Source: a virus (taxonomy: Duplodnaviria > Heunggongvirae > Uroviricota > Caudoviricetes). From it: a DNA stretch of 16,241 nt. The notes beneath the pieces were generated by a model that was not told where the DNA came from, made no database searches, and worked only from the letters and a program-made list of their open reading frames with translations. The stretch is from IMG/VR virus record IMGVR_UViG_2778261537_000016, positions 1 through 16,241 of that record; one strand, given 5' to 3'. A program made the translations under genes and the position numbers. Positions 1 to 7,372 of this stretch are shown here, piece after piece; position 1 is the stretch's first letter, and the number at the start of each line of letters is the position of its first letter.

Positions 1-1017
1 CTATGTTGCCATTGTAGCTAAGGGATTAAAGCGCAGGGCCGTTTCAAGGTGGTCAGGTGCTAAGTGCGCGTAGCGCATGGTCATTTTTATGTCGTGATGC
101 CCAAGGATTTTCTGCAGAGCCAAGATGTTTCCGCCTGACATCATAAAGTGTGCTGCGAACGTATGACGCAGAACGTGTGTTAGTTGACCGCGTGGAAGCA
201 CGATAGAAGTCTTATCCATTACAGATAAAAACTGGAAGTAGCAGTCGGTGAAGAACTTGAAACCGTCCAGGGCAATGATTTCTTCATACAGCTCTTTGCT
301 AATCGGAATGCTGCGGTTCTTTTTGCCTTTTGTCCTGACAAACGTGATCCGGTATTTCGTGACCTGAGAACGGGTCAGGTTCACAGCTTCGCGCCAGCGG
401 GCACCGGTACTCAGACAGATTTTGACAACTAGGGCGAGTAGGGGGCTTTGGCGTTTGCAGTCGCACAAAAGCTCAGTGATTTGTTCATGTGTCAGCCAGG
501 CCATCTCTTTTTCTGCGATGGTGAATTTGCGCATGTTCTCCAATGGGTTTGGCGCAGTCCATTCTCCAAGTCGTGCCAGCTCGCTAAACACTCCGCTCAT
601 ATAGCTTTGCTCAAGATTGATAGTTACCGGGCTGGCTCCTTTCTTCCATTTTTCGCTAAAGTAGATTTCACCCGTCAGGCGTTTATCGCGATAGTGCGCG
701 AACATTTTAGATGTTAAATCAGTGGCGAGGGGATTTCCGAGAGCATCGACCATCAGGATCAGCTTGTCGTGAACATGCTCGCCTGCGGTCAGAGATTTTC
801 CGTGCAGCTTGTACCAGAGTTCGACGATATCTTTTAGCGTCCGGCGGTCTACCGATTCGCCCAGCCAGGGTTTCGCCTCAGTCTCATCCATCATGTGCCG
901 TTCAAACGCTAACGCTTCACCTTTACTAGCGAACTGCCTACGCACGCGGCGTCCGCTACGACCTGCGGGATAGCATTCACAAATCCATTTTCCGGTGGTG
1001 AGTTTTCGTACTGACAT
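1..1017 (-). CDS. int: Tyrosine site-specific integrase, P2/186 type
   Basis: ORF 1..1071 (-). C-terminal R...HxxR...Y tyrosine-recombinase signature (LRHTFAAHF ... MTMRYAHL). The N-terminus MSVRKLTTGKW...RRQFASKGEALAFE resembles P2-family integrases. Start chosen at the internal ATG at 1017 because AAGGAGG lies about 9 nt upstream on the minus strand. Stop codon is at 1-3, so the attachment site lies outside the window. Confidence 0.9.
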   Translation of the reverse strand: MSVRKLTTGKWICECYPAGRSGRRVRRQFASKGEALAFERHMMDETEAKPWLGESVDRRTLKDIVELWYKLHGKSLTAGEHVHDKLILMVDALGNPLATDLTSKMFAHYRDKRLTGEIYFSEKWKKGASPVTINLEQSYMSGVFSELARLGEWTAPNPLENMRKFTIAEKEMAWLTHEQITELLCDCKRQSPLLALVVKICLSTGARWREAVNLTRSQVTKYRITFVRTKGKKNRSIPISKELYEEIIALDGFKFFTDCYFQFLSVMDKTSIVLPRGQLTHVLRHTFAAHFMMSGGNILALQKILGHHDIKMTMRYAHLAPDHLETALRFNPLATMAT

Positions 1018-1047
1018 AAAAAATGCCCTCCTTTTGGAGAGCATTTT

Positions 1048-1067
1048 TACTGTATGTATAAACAGTG
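1048..1067. promoter_or_regulatory. LexA-box-like palindrome TACTGTATGTATAAACAGTG in the ASCH-int intergenic region
   Basis: CTGT (1050-1053), an 8-nt AT-rich spacer, then ACAG (1062-1065). It sits in the 79-bp gap just upstream of the int RBS (AAGGAGG, about 1025-1031) and start (1017). Confidence 0.45.
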
Positions 1068-1096
1068 TCAATATATGATGTTAAGAACCTTATACA

Positions 1097-1468
1097 TCAT
1101 AGGTATCGGTATGACTGCGGTGCTGTTATGTTGTCACCTAATGAACTTAGCAAACGTGGTTGTTCATAGACTTTCAAATCACCGATCTTAATCGCAAAGG
1201 CTTTATCCCTGCTTTGAAAGTAAGAATCAAAAAATTGTTTACTGATACCCGCATAACGGCTGGTTTTTTTCCAGACATTGCTGGGTTTATCTTCAATAAC
1301 ATCAGCAATATCGAACTCAGCAACAATCATCCCTACAGGCATTGTTGAATAAATAACCACAGATTTAACATCTGGATTTTTGAAGATTCCTTTTCTGAAC
1401 TCAAACTTTTTTGTTCCATCAAGAATCTTTTCAACAAATTCAGGTTTAATTGACAATAATACTTTCAT
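1097..1468 (-). CDS. ASCH-domain (PUA-like fold) protein
   Basis: 123-aa ORF. N-terminus MKVLLSIKPEFVEKILDGTKKFEFRK matches the characteristic ASCH start (MKxLSIKPEY/W..KI..G.K..E.R). Its start overlaps the end of the upstream gene by about 23 nt, and it ends 79 nt before int. Fold assignment is by eye. Confidence 0.6.
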   Translation of the reverse strand: MKVLLSIKPEFVEKILDGTKKFEFRKGIFKNPDVKSVVIYSTMPVGMIVAEFDIADVIEDKPSNVWKKTSRYAGISKQFFDSYFQSRDKAFAIKIGDLKVYEQPRLLSSLGDNITAPQSYRYL

Positions 1469-2531
1469 CTACAGCACCAAGTTTAATAATGTTGTCAAAT
1501 TCTCTGTCGGTCAATTTTAATACACCCCAATATGCTTGTGGATTTAAACCAACGTCTTCTATTAGTTTAGCACGAGTGATTCTTTTCGGTAAAGCAAGAT
1601 TATATGTAAAACTTATAATATAGGGGTATTTCTTTGTTTTATAAAAACTTCTCAATTCTGTTTCGGTAAATACACTATACCGAGCACAATATTTAATAAA
1701 ATCTTGCTCTGTTGGGAATGAAAAAATATCTCTAACATCTTCTACGACACATAGAGATGTAGCAACAGAACGATAATGAGCTGGACCTTTTTTATCTGAA
1801 GTTCGATAAATTACGAGAATGTCATGCATTTTTATATTTGCTACATCTTGCATGGCGCAGATGTAAATTTTTCTTATACTGTTAGCGTGAGACACGTCAG
1901 TAATAATATCTGGAGATTCAGTTATAAGTTTTGAGTCTGGGAATAGACGAGTATGAAAATCTGGATAAATAGATAGTAAGTATTTGTTTTCTTTATGTCT
2001 GTTGTTGATGAAGGGATAGTCGGCAAGAAGGTCTCCAGTGAGATCATCGGTGCTCATTTCTCTTACTAAAACATTTTCAATACCATTTTCAGATTCTTTT
2101 TTTCCGTATTTTATAAACCCATAATTTAAAAAAAGTTTAATCAGGTAATCATGCTTATCAAAAACTGTTACATATATATCGTTCACTTTTTCACTTAATG
2201 CGTGGTCAAATATCTTTTTCAAAAAACGTTGACCTCGCAATGTACCTTTCGTATTAAACTTAAAGGTCCCTATTTTGAGATGTTTTAAATCAGCCAATGA
2301 AGGGTTAACATCAGTAACCTCGCCATCTTCAATTTTTAGATACATGAATCCATCAATTGAATCATCCTCATTGTAGAGCACGTATGCTTTTTCTCTTAGA
2401 TCTTTTGCTTTTTTGTGAAACCATTCTACAAAACCAGCTTTATAGTCAGCTTTCAATGAGTCAAAAAAAGCATCGTCAAAGTTTACTTCATTAAAACTAA
2501 TGTGCTTTAAATTTTCCATTTTAATCTCCAT
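1446..2531 (-). CDS. GNAT-like (acyltransferase-fold) N-terminal domain fused to an uncharacterised C-terminal domain, possibly PUA/ASCH-like
   Basis: 361-aa ORF. Residues about 50-160 show a GNAT-like pattern (...GTLRGQRFLKKIFDHAL... IYVTVFDKHDYLIKLFLNYGFIKYG) with a degenerate motif A. The C-terminal 200 aa are unassigned; their beta-rich pattern loosely resembles the adjacent ASCH protein. A GGAG RBS precedes the second ATG, so the true start is probably 2519 (MENLK...). Visibly AT-rich. Confidence 0.5.
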   Translation of the reverse strand: MEIKMENLKHISFNEVNFDDAFFDSLKADYKAGFVEWFHKKAKDLREKAYVLYNEDDSIDGFMYLKIEDGEVTDVNPSLADLKHLKIGTFKFNTKGTLRGQRFLKKIFDHALSEKVNDIYVTVFDKHDYLIKLFLNYGFIKYGKKESENGIENVLVREMSTDDLTGDLLADYPFINNRHKENKYLLSIYPDFHTRLFPDSKLITESPDIITDVSHANSIRKIYICAMQDVANIKMHDILVIYRTSDKKGPAHYRSVATSLCVVEDVRDIFSFPTEQDFIKYCARYSVFTETELRSFYKTKKYPYIISFTYNLALPKRITRAKLIEDVGLNPQAYWGVLKLTDREFDNIIKLGAVDESIIVN

Positions 2532-2545
2532 GTCTCATTGAAAAG

Positions 2546-3625
2546 TCATTTTCTAAATTTAATGAAATTTGCGATTATATATAATGCTATTAACGATAGT
2601 GAACCGTAAATAAATAGGTTTTTATCTAAGCTTTCTGTTGGTACAAATTTCATAACAAATGTTATTGCTGCGCCGTAGAAAATGTATGCAAATATTTTGC
2701 TTAGTTTAGATTTCGTGTTTTTAAATTTTACGACGACAGAAAAATCATTAAGTCTCGAATTTATATCATTTGATATTTTCCAATGATATATCATTGGATC
2801 ATGAGACCCGAAAGATACGCCTTTGCTAAAATATTTTGTCCATGTCTCAGACTCTAAAATTCTTGAACCTTTATAATTTGAACCGGATGCGGAACAGTCA
2901 TCAACCATATCGCGGATTATAAAAATATGGCATTTCAAAGGGGTACAAGCGGCGCTAGCAAGAGTTGTGGCTATTTCGGAGGGCAGGTTTCTTTGCTCAT
3001 TAACCCTAAAATCGATGATATCAGACCGCTCAATACTACTCTTAAGGAAGAGATCTTTGGGGTAAAATGTTTTCACTAAAAGACCGATATCTTCTTTATT
3101 AATTTGGACACGGAATCTTAAATAGTGATTACAAGCATCTTCGGAAGAGAGACAATCCTTGAGTTTAAAGGCTAGTAAGGTGCCATTGTGGATTTTTGTT
3201 ATCTTGACTCTATGATCAAGCTCGCCGCCGCTAAATGATAACTTAGTATTAACAACTAAGTCTCCTTTATTGGCGAGCACTAATTTTAAATGTCTACCAT
3301 CTACTGTTTTAGTGTCAATAAGGTATTCATTGAAAACTGCAGTTACGAGATCTCTGCTTGATTCAAGGTTTTCACTAAGATCAGAAAAAAAATTATTTTC
3401 TTTTTCGAATGGTAGGAATATACATATTGCCCCATGCTTAGCAATGGTTTCATCTTCAGGCTTTTTGAATGTGATGCCAAAATCTAAATAGCCAAATTTA
3501 TGAGCGCTTATGTTCCAAAAATTAATATGCAACTCTTCAATGAAATTCTTATGTTCAGAGTTGTAGGTCGAGCCTGAACTACTATGATAATCCCTACACC
3601 CCCAGACCGCAAAACTTCGTGACAT
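2546..3625 (-). CDS. Membrane-anchored hypothetical protein: large N-terminal soluble domain plus C-terminal 2-TM hairpin
   Basis: ORF 2546..3685 (-). Start set at the ATG at 3625 (MSRSFAVWG...), which has AAGGAA about 7 nt upstream and does not overlap the repressor gene. The C-terminus has two hydrophobic helices (IFAYIFYGAAITFVMKF and LFIYGSLSLIALYIIANFI) and ends KFRK. No recognisable catalytic motif. Visibly AT-rich. Confidence 0.55.
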   Translation of the reverse strand: MSRSFAVWGCRDYHSSSGSTYNSEHKNFIEELHINFWNISAHKFGYLDFGITFKKPEDETIAKHGAICIFLPFEKENNFFSDLSENLESSRDLVTAVFNEYLIDTKTVDGRHLKLVLANKGDLVVNTKLSFSGGELDHRVKITKIHNGTLLAFKLKDCLSSEDACNHYLRFRVQINKEDIGLLVKTFYPKDLFLKSSIERSDIIDFRVNEQRNLPSEIATTLASAACTPLKCHIFIIRDMVDDCSASGSNYKGSRILESETWTKYFSKGVSFGSHDPMIYHWKISNDINSRLNDFSVVVKFKNTKSKLSKIFAYIFYGAAITFVMKFVPTESLDKNLFIYGSLSLIALYIIANFIKFRK

Positions 3626-3651
3626 ATCGATTTCCTTTGTCAGTAACGGTT

Positions 3652-4263
3652 TTAATTCAAATTGACCAGTAAGTAAAAATGGCATCGTGCAATTGGGTTT
3701 AGTTCACTGATAAAGCACTCAAATGAATGGCATGGATTGGGTGCTCCAACCTTGACTCTTCCTACAGGTATTCTCGTAAGTTCTCTAATACTCACTTTCC
3801 CTTCTATCTCTACCACCCACTTACCATCGGTCACTTCGTGAAAATGTTGATCAGCTAAATAGAGCTGATCTGAATCCATGATTACGATAGGTTTTCGCAA
3901 AGAATCTGGCACCAACGCTTTGTCGAGTAGGTAAAAATTTGAATCTAATAATTTCCCATCTTTGATTTTTTTTCGAGGTACGGAAAACAAATCAGCAAGA
4001 ACATTTTCATTTGCTGATTGGATACCTAAAGATTTTTGGGGTGGCTTAGGACTCCCAGTTCCAAATGAAAGCCACTCAACTGGGACGCCGGTCTCAATTG
4101 AGCACTTTATTATCCAGTCAGCAGGGAACACGTCTCTCATCCATCTGGTGCTCATCGTGCTTGTTGAAATCCCAAGCCGCTCACAAAGAGCCTTACGAGT
4201 ACTTACTCCGTAGGCCTCAAGCATACGAAGAATAGCCTCACGGCCACCATTGTTAAAATCCAT
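3652..4263 (-). CDS. CI-like immunity repressor (N-terminal HTH)
   Basis: 203 aa. N-terminal HTH-like segment (STRKALCERLGISTSTMSTRWMRD). AAGGAG sits 7 nt upstream of the ATG at 4263. It is divergent from an Apl/Cro-like gene across a promoter/operator region, the same layout as the 186 cI position next to int. No S24 Ser-Lys peptidase motif was seen. Confidence 0.7.
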   Translation of the reverse strand: MDFNNGGREAILRMLEAYGVSTRKALCERLGISTSTMSTRWMRDVFPADWIIKCSIETGVPVEWLSFGTGSPKPPQKSLGIQSANENVLADLFSVPRKKIKDGKLLDSNFYLLDKALVPDSLRKPIVIMDSDQLYLADQHFHEVTDGKWVVEIEGKVSIRELTRIPVGRVKVGAPNPCHSFECFISELNPIARCHFYLLVNLN

Positions 4264-4288
4264 TAATGCTCCTTTGGAACCTTACATG

Positions 4289-4316
4289 TTGACAAACTCC
4301 AAATGAGACGTAATAT
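4289..4316 (+). promoter_or_regulatory. Sigma70-type early (pR-like) promoter, TTGACA-N16-TAATAT
   Basis: TTGACA at 4289-4294 and TAATAT at 4311-4316. It is oriented toward the Apl/Cro-like gene that starts at 4397. Confidence 0.55.
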
Positions 4317-4338
4317 TGCTACTGAAGCTCATTTGGAG
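4297..4338. promoter_or_regulatory. Candidate operator: perfect 11-bp inverted repeat CTCCAAATGAG-N20-CTCATTTGGAG
   Basis: Arms at 4297-4307 and 4328-4338 are exact reverse complements. They bracket the -10 element and the predicted transcription start of the early promoter. Confidence 0.55.
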
Positions 4339-4396
4339 TCTTCACTGTTGAACACCGCTAGACACGGTTTACTTACTTAAAAAGGAATCTTGCATC

Positions 4397-4618
4397 ATGA
4401 CTCCTCACATTTCAATCACGTTGACTGTTCCTTCCGTATCAATTGAAAAATATAGCGAACTTACTGGGCTATCAATTGACACAATCAATGACATGCTAGC
4501 GGATGGCCGCTTGATACGGCACCGCTTACGCAAAGATAAAAAGCGCGAAAAAGTTATGATCAACATTGCGGCTATGACTGTCGATGCGCTCTCAGATTGC
4601 AACGTGTCCATCAATTAG
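4397..4618 (+). CDS. Apl/Cro-like small HTH DNA-binding protein
   Basis: 73-aa ORF, first gene of the rightward operon and divergent from the repressor. HTH-like segment YSELTGLSIDTINDMLADGRL. GGAA lies upstream of the ATG. Confidence 0.6.
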   Translation: MTPHISITLTVPSVSIEKYSELTGLSIDTINDMLADGRLIRHRLRKDKKREKVMINIAAMTVDALSDCNVSIN

Positions 4619-4650
4619 TTCGATTTTGAGACCGACTGAGGGCAATGACT

Positions 4651-5154
4651 ATGTTTGATTATCAAACCTCCAAACATGCGCACTTTGATGCGGCTTGCCG
4701 AGCATTTGCGATTGAGCACAATCTGGAAGATGTGGCCGCTGCTGTTGGCATGAGGCCACAGATCCTGCGCAACAAATTGAATCCAGCACAGCCACACCGT
4801 TTAACCTGTGACGAGCTTTTAGCTATTACGGATTACACCGAAGATGCGCGTTTACTGGATGGAATGCTGGGGCAGATTAACTGCCTTCCATCCGTACCAG
4901 TGAACAATGCCACAGAAGGCAACATGCAGTTGTGCGCACTGAGTGCCACAGCCTGTGTGGGCGCAATTGCTGGGGAAGCCGTATCCACTGGTCATATGAC
5001 CGCCGCCCGCCGTACACAAATTCTGGATCGCGCTCGCGATGCAATCCGTAGCTTATCCGTGCTGGCTTATACCGTTGAAAGCCGTATCCAGTCTGCGCCT
5101 GTTCTGGCCGCAGCGGTGGATTTGGTGACGGCTAACGCCACCGGCTTGATGTGA
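4651..5154 (+). CDS. cII: CII-like lysogeny-establishment regulator (phage 186 CII family)
   Basis: ORF 4645..5154. The sequence MFDYQTSKHAHFDAACRAFA...LRNKLNPAQPH closely resembles my recollection of the 186 CII N-terminus, and the length (167-169 aa) matches. Start is at 4645 or 4651; GAGGG lies just upstream. Confidence 0.7.
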   Translation: MFDYQTSKHAHFDAACRAFAIEHNLEDVAAAVGMRPQILRNKLNPAQPHRLTCDELLAITDYTEDARLLDGMLGQINCLPSVPVNNATEGNMQLCALSATACVGAIAGEAVSTGHMTAARRTQILDRARDAIRSLSVLAYTVESRIQSAPVLAAAVDLVTANATGLM

Positions 5155-5163
5155 GGGAGCACC

Positions 5164-5391
5164 ATGAAAGCGTTTGTTACTTACCTCAAAAAAGAATCAC
5201 CAGCCATGCAACGGCCAAGCGGTTCAACGGGCTGGATAGAACTGCCGAACAGTCAGCGCTGGAATCCTAGCCACACGTATAAATTCAATGCGCATGAGTC
5301 TGTTCGAATGAAAGGCGGGGTGGTTTTACGTTTCTTGCCAACAAAAGTCCGTCGCCTGGTTAGGTGTATAGGGGGGCGCTATGGCAATTAG
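5164..5391 (+). CDS. Hypothetical early protein (75 aa)
   Basis: ORF with a GAGGGA RBS upstream, co-directional and closely spaced within the early operon. No recognisable domain. Confidence 0.4.
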   Translation: MKAFVTYLKKESPAMQRPSGSTGWIELPNSQRWNPSHTYKFNAHESVRMKGGVVLRFLPTKVRRLVRCIGGRYGN

Positions 5392-5809
5392 TCAGGAACA
5401 GCAACAGCGCGGACTGGATCAGATTAAAAAGATTCGCCGCAAATACTTCAATACCAGCAGTGAGGCTGCTGACTGGTGGGACAAATTAACACCGGAATGG
5501 CGCGGGGTAGTTCTCCATGCCGCCGCTGTTAATTCTGGCTTGAGTGTATTCAAAGCCCACTTAAGCAAATGCTGCTGGCGGGAACTGTTTGAGCGTCTGG
5601 ATTACCGGGCAATGATTCAGCTGCGCTGCGGCATTTCCCGTGCGCGTCTGACGATGAATGGATTCGGGTCATTGCGTGACAGTGATTTTTCTAAAAGTAC
5701 CGCGAACCGTCCAATAAAGCGGGCTTATCCAATCAATAACAATCGGGGTCCGCAGATGATTATCGCGCCTCATATCGTCCATAAGTTACAACAACAGGGG
5801 AATCTCTGA
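5381..5809 (+). CDS. Hypothetical early protein (142 aa)
   Basis: ORF with a G-rich RBS (AGGGGGG) upstream. It overlaps the upstream ORF by 11 nt and its stop overlaps the next start. No recognisable domain. Confidence 0.45.
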   Translation: MAISQEQQQRGLDQIKKIRRKYFNTSSEAADWWDKLTPEWRGVVLHAAAVNSGLSVFKAHLSKCCWRELFERLDYRAMIQLRCGISRARLTMNGFGSLRDSDFSKSTANRPIKRAYPINNNRGPQMIIAPHIVHKLQQQGNL

Positions 5810-6210
5810 TGGCCATTATTTCCGTTGAAGGTAAATCGTTAGGGGCTGAGCTGGCCGTGTGGGGCGTTCCACATAATTATGCCGTGGCGTTTGCAGAGAA
5901 AAGCACCAGCAAAAACGGTCGCATTGCGCTGCATCCGTTCTTCTTTAATGACACTGAGCACATGACTAATCCGCGTCACTGGCTGGCAATCAATGCCGCT
6001 TTCTGGTGCTGCGTGTACCGCGAGGCCGAAAGCAAAGAAGCACAGGTTGAAGCGCTGGCTGGGATCCGCGCAATTTTCTACACGGCCGGTGCGTTGGGTG
6101 TTGGCGAAATTAAAGCACTGATCCAGGAGTGGTGGCGGACAACGTACGAGCTGCACCTTATTCCTGCACCGAACCATTCCGCCGTCACTGTACAACCCGC
6201 TTTTCACTAA
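5809..6210 (+). CDS. Hypothetical early protein (133 aa)
   Basis: ORF with an AGGGGA RBS. Its start overlaps the stop of the upstream ORF. No recognisable domain. Confidence 0.45.
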   Translation: MAIISVEGKSLGAELAVWGVPHNYAVAFAEKSTSKNGRIALHPFFFNDTEHMTNPRHWLAINAAFWCCVYREAESKEAQVEALAGIRAIFYTAGALGVGEIKALIQEWWRTTYELHLIPAPNHSAVTVQPAFH

Positions 6211-6278
6211 TTAACAACATGATTTTTTTTGGCCACAGCTTAGGTGGCCGGGGATTCTTTTGCCTTAAGGAAACCAAA

Positions 6279-6512
6279 ATGCACATGACACGTCAGGATT
6301 TACCCGCAACAAAATCAGGCACTGACCTGCTGGCTATGCTCACCCAAGCCACTCAGGAAGGTAAAGCCGCTGCTGCTGATCTGTGTTCCACCCGTCTGGA
6401 TAAGCTGGCCACCCATGCAGCCAATGAAGGTTTAAGCGCAACGGAAATCATTGAGTTAATCCGCGAAGAAGCCGCAGCGATTTGCAGTAAAGGCGGTGCA
6501 GCATGGCAGTAA
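6279..6512 (+). CDS. Hypothetical small protein (about 77 aa)
   Basis: Internal ATG of ORF 6129..6512 with AAGGA 7 nt upstream (MHMTRQDLPATKSG...). The 5' extension to 6129 overlaps the preceding gene and is probably not translated. Its end overlaps the dam start by 10 nt. Confidence 0.45.
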   Translation: MHMTRQDLPATKSGTDLLAMLTQATQEGKAAAADLCSTRLDKLATHAANEGLSATEIIELIREEAAAICSKGGAAWQ

Positions 6513-7372
6513 AAACTCCGCTTAAGTGGGTGGGCAGCAAAGCCCGCCTTATGCCGCAGTTGCTTCCCCATCTGCCAGAGGGTAAGCGCCTGATAGAACC
6601 TTTTGCCGGTTCCTGTGCTGTCATGATGAATACGGATTATGACGAGTATCTGATAGCTGATGTGAATCCTGACCTTGTTAATCTGTATAAGACGATGGCT
6701 TATCACACTGATGCATTGCTCATTGAGCTGGAGGCTTTATTTTCTGCCGGTTCATTAGGTGATGAAGAAAACAGGGCAATTTTCTATTACGCGGTGCGTG
6801 ATGCCTTCAACCAGTCCGGCAAATCCTTTGGTTCTGAATCTGTGGAAGCTGCGGCGCGTTTTCTTTATCTGAATCGTCACTGCTTCAATGGCCTGTGCCG
6901 ATACAATCGCCGTGGTCAGTTCAATGTTCCGTTTGGTAAGTACAAAAAAACCTACTTTCCTGCTGATGAAATCCGCGCTTTTGCAGAAAAAGCGAAACGT
7001 GCAACGTTCATTACTGCCAACTATTCAGAAACGCTTGATTTGGTAAGGGACGGGCATGACGTTGTTTATTGTGATCCGCCTTACCTGACTGATACCGACA
7101 ATTTCACCGCTTACCATGAGCGCGGTTTTTCGCACATGGATCAGGGACGGCTGGCGCGTAAGCTGCGTCGCCTGGCTGAGCGCGGGATTAAGGTTGTCGC
7201 GTCAAACAGCGATCTGGAAATGGTGCATTACCTGTATTCAGGATTCGAAGCGGTTCGGGTCAATGCGCCACGCAGTGTGGGTGCAGCAGCTGCAAGCCAG
7301 AAAGTGGCCGCAGAGCTCATTCTGAAGTCACCTGCTAACCCGGCGATCGACGTTCGGGCGGTGGGGGCATGA
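6503..7372 (+). CDS. dam: DNA adenine N6-methyltransferase, Dam/D12 class
   Basis: 289 aa. Collinear with E. coli Dam motifs: LKWVGSKARL (cf. LKWAGGKYPL), EPFAGS (AdoMet binding), FLYLNRHCFNGLCRYNRRGQFNVPFGKYKK, and catalytic DPPY (VVYCDPPYL). No restriction endonuclease gene is adjacent. Confidence 0.9.
   Translation: MAVKTPLKWVGSKARLMPQLLPHLPEGKRLIEPFAGSCAVMMNTDYDEYLIADVNPDLVNLYKTMAYHTDALLIELEALFSAGSLGDEENRAIFYYAVRDAFNQSGKSFGSESVEAAARFLYLNRHCFNGLCRYNRRGQFNVPFGKYKKTYFPADEIRAFAEKAKRATFITANYSETLDLVRDGHDVVYCDPPYLTDTDNFTAYHERGFSHMDQGRLARKLRRLAERGIKVVASNSDLEMVHYLYSGFEAVRVNAPRSVGAAAASQKVAAELILKSPANPAIDVRAVGA

Noticed and set aside
422-929. Three plus-strand ORFs (422..604, 448..717, 711..929) inside the integrase gene
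   Set aside because: They lie antisense within a well-supported integrase CDS and have no RBS or recognisable motifs, so they are shadow ORFs.
1160-1348. Plus-strand ORF inside the ASCH gene
   Set aside because: Antisense to a better-supported CDS, short and low-complexity.
3270-4213. Plus-strand ORFs 3270..3491 and 3962..4213 inside the 2-TM protein and repressor genes
   Set aside because: Antisense shadow ORFs with no supporting signals.
3652-4263. LexA-like self-cleaving (S24 peptidase) C-terminal domain in the CI-like repressor
   Set aside because: I could not find the Ser-Lys dyad context (G-[DS]-S-M ... K). Together with the SOS-controlled ORF at the tum position, this fits a 186-style antirepressor-controlled repressor better.
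4405-4797. Minus-strand ORFs 4405..4614 and 4615..4797 overlapping the Apl/Cro-like and CII-like genes
   Set aside because: They overlap well-placed plus-strand genes that have RBSs; retained only as a possible location for the leftward lysogenic promoter, which I could not pin down.
6129-6278. 5' extension of the 6129..6512 ORF
   Set aside because: It overlaps the 3' end of the preceding gene in another frame and has no RBS. The internal ATG at 6279 has AAGGA at the right spacing.
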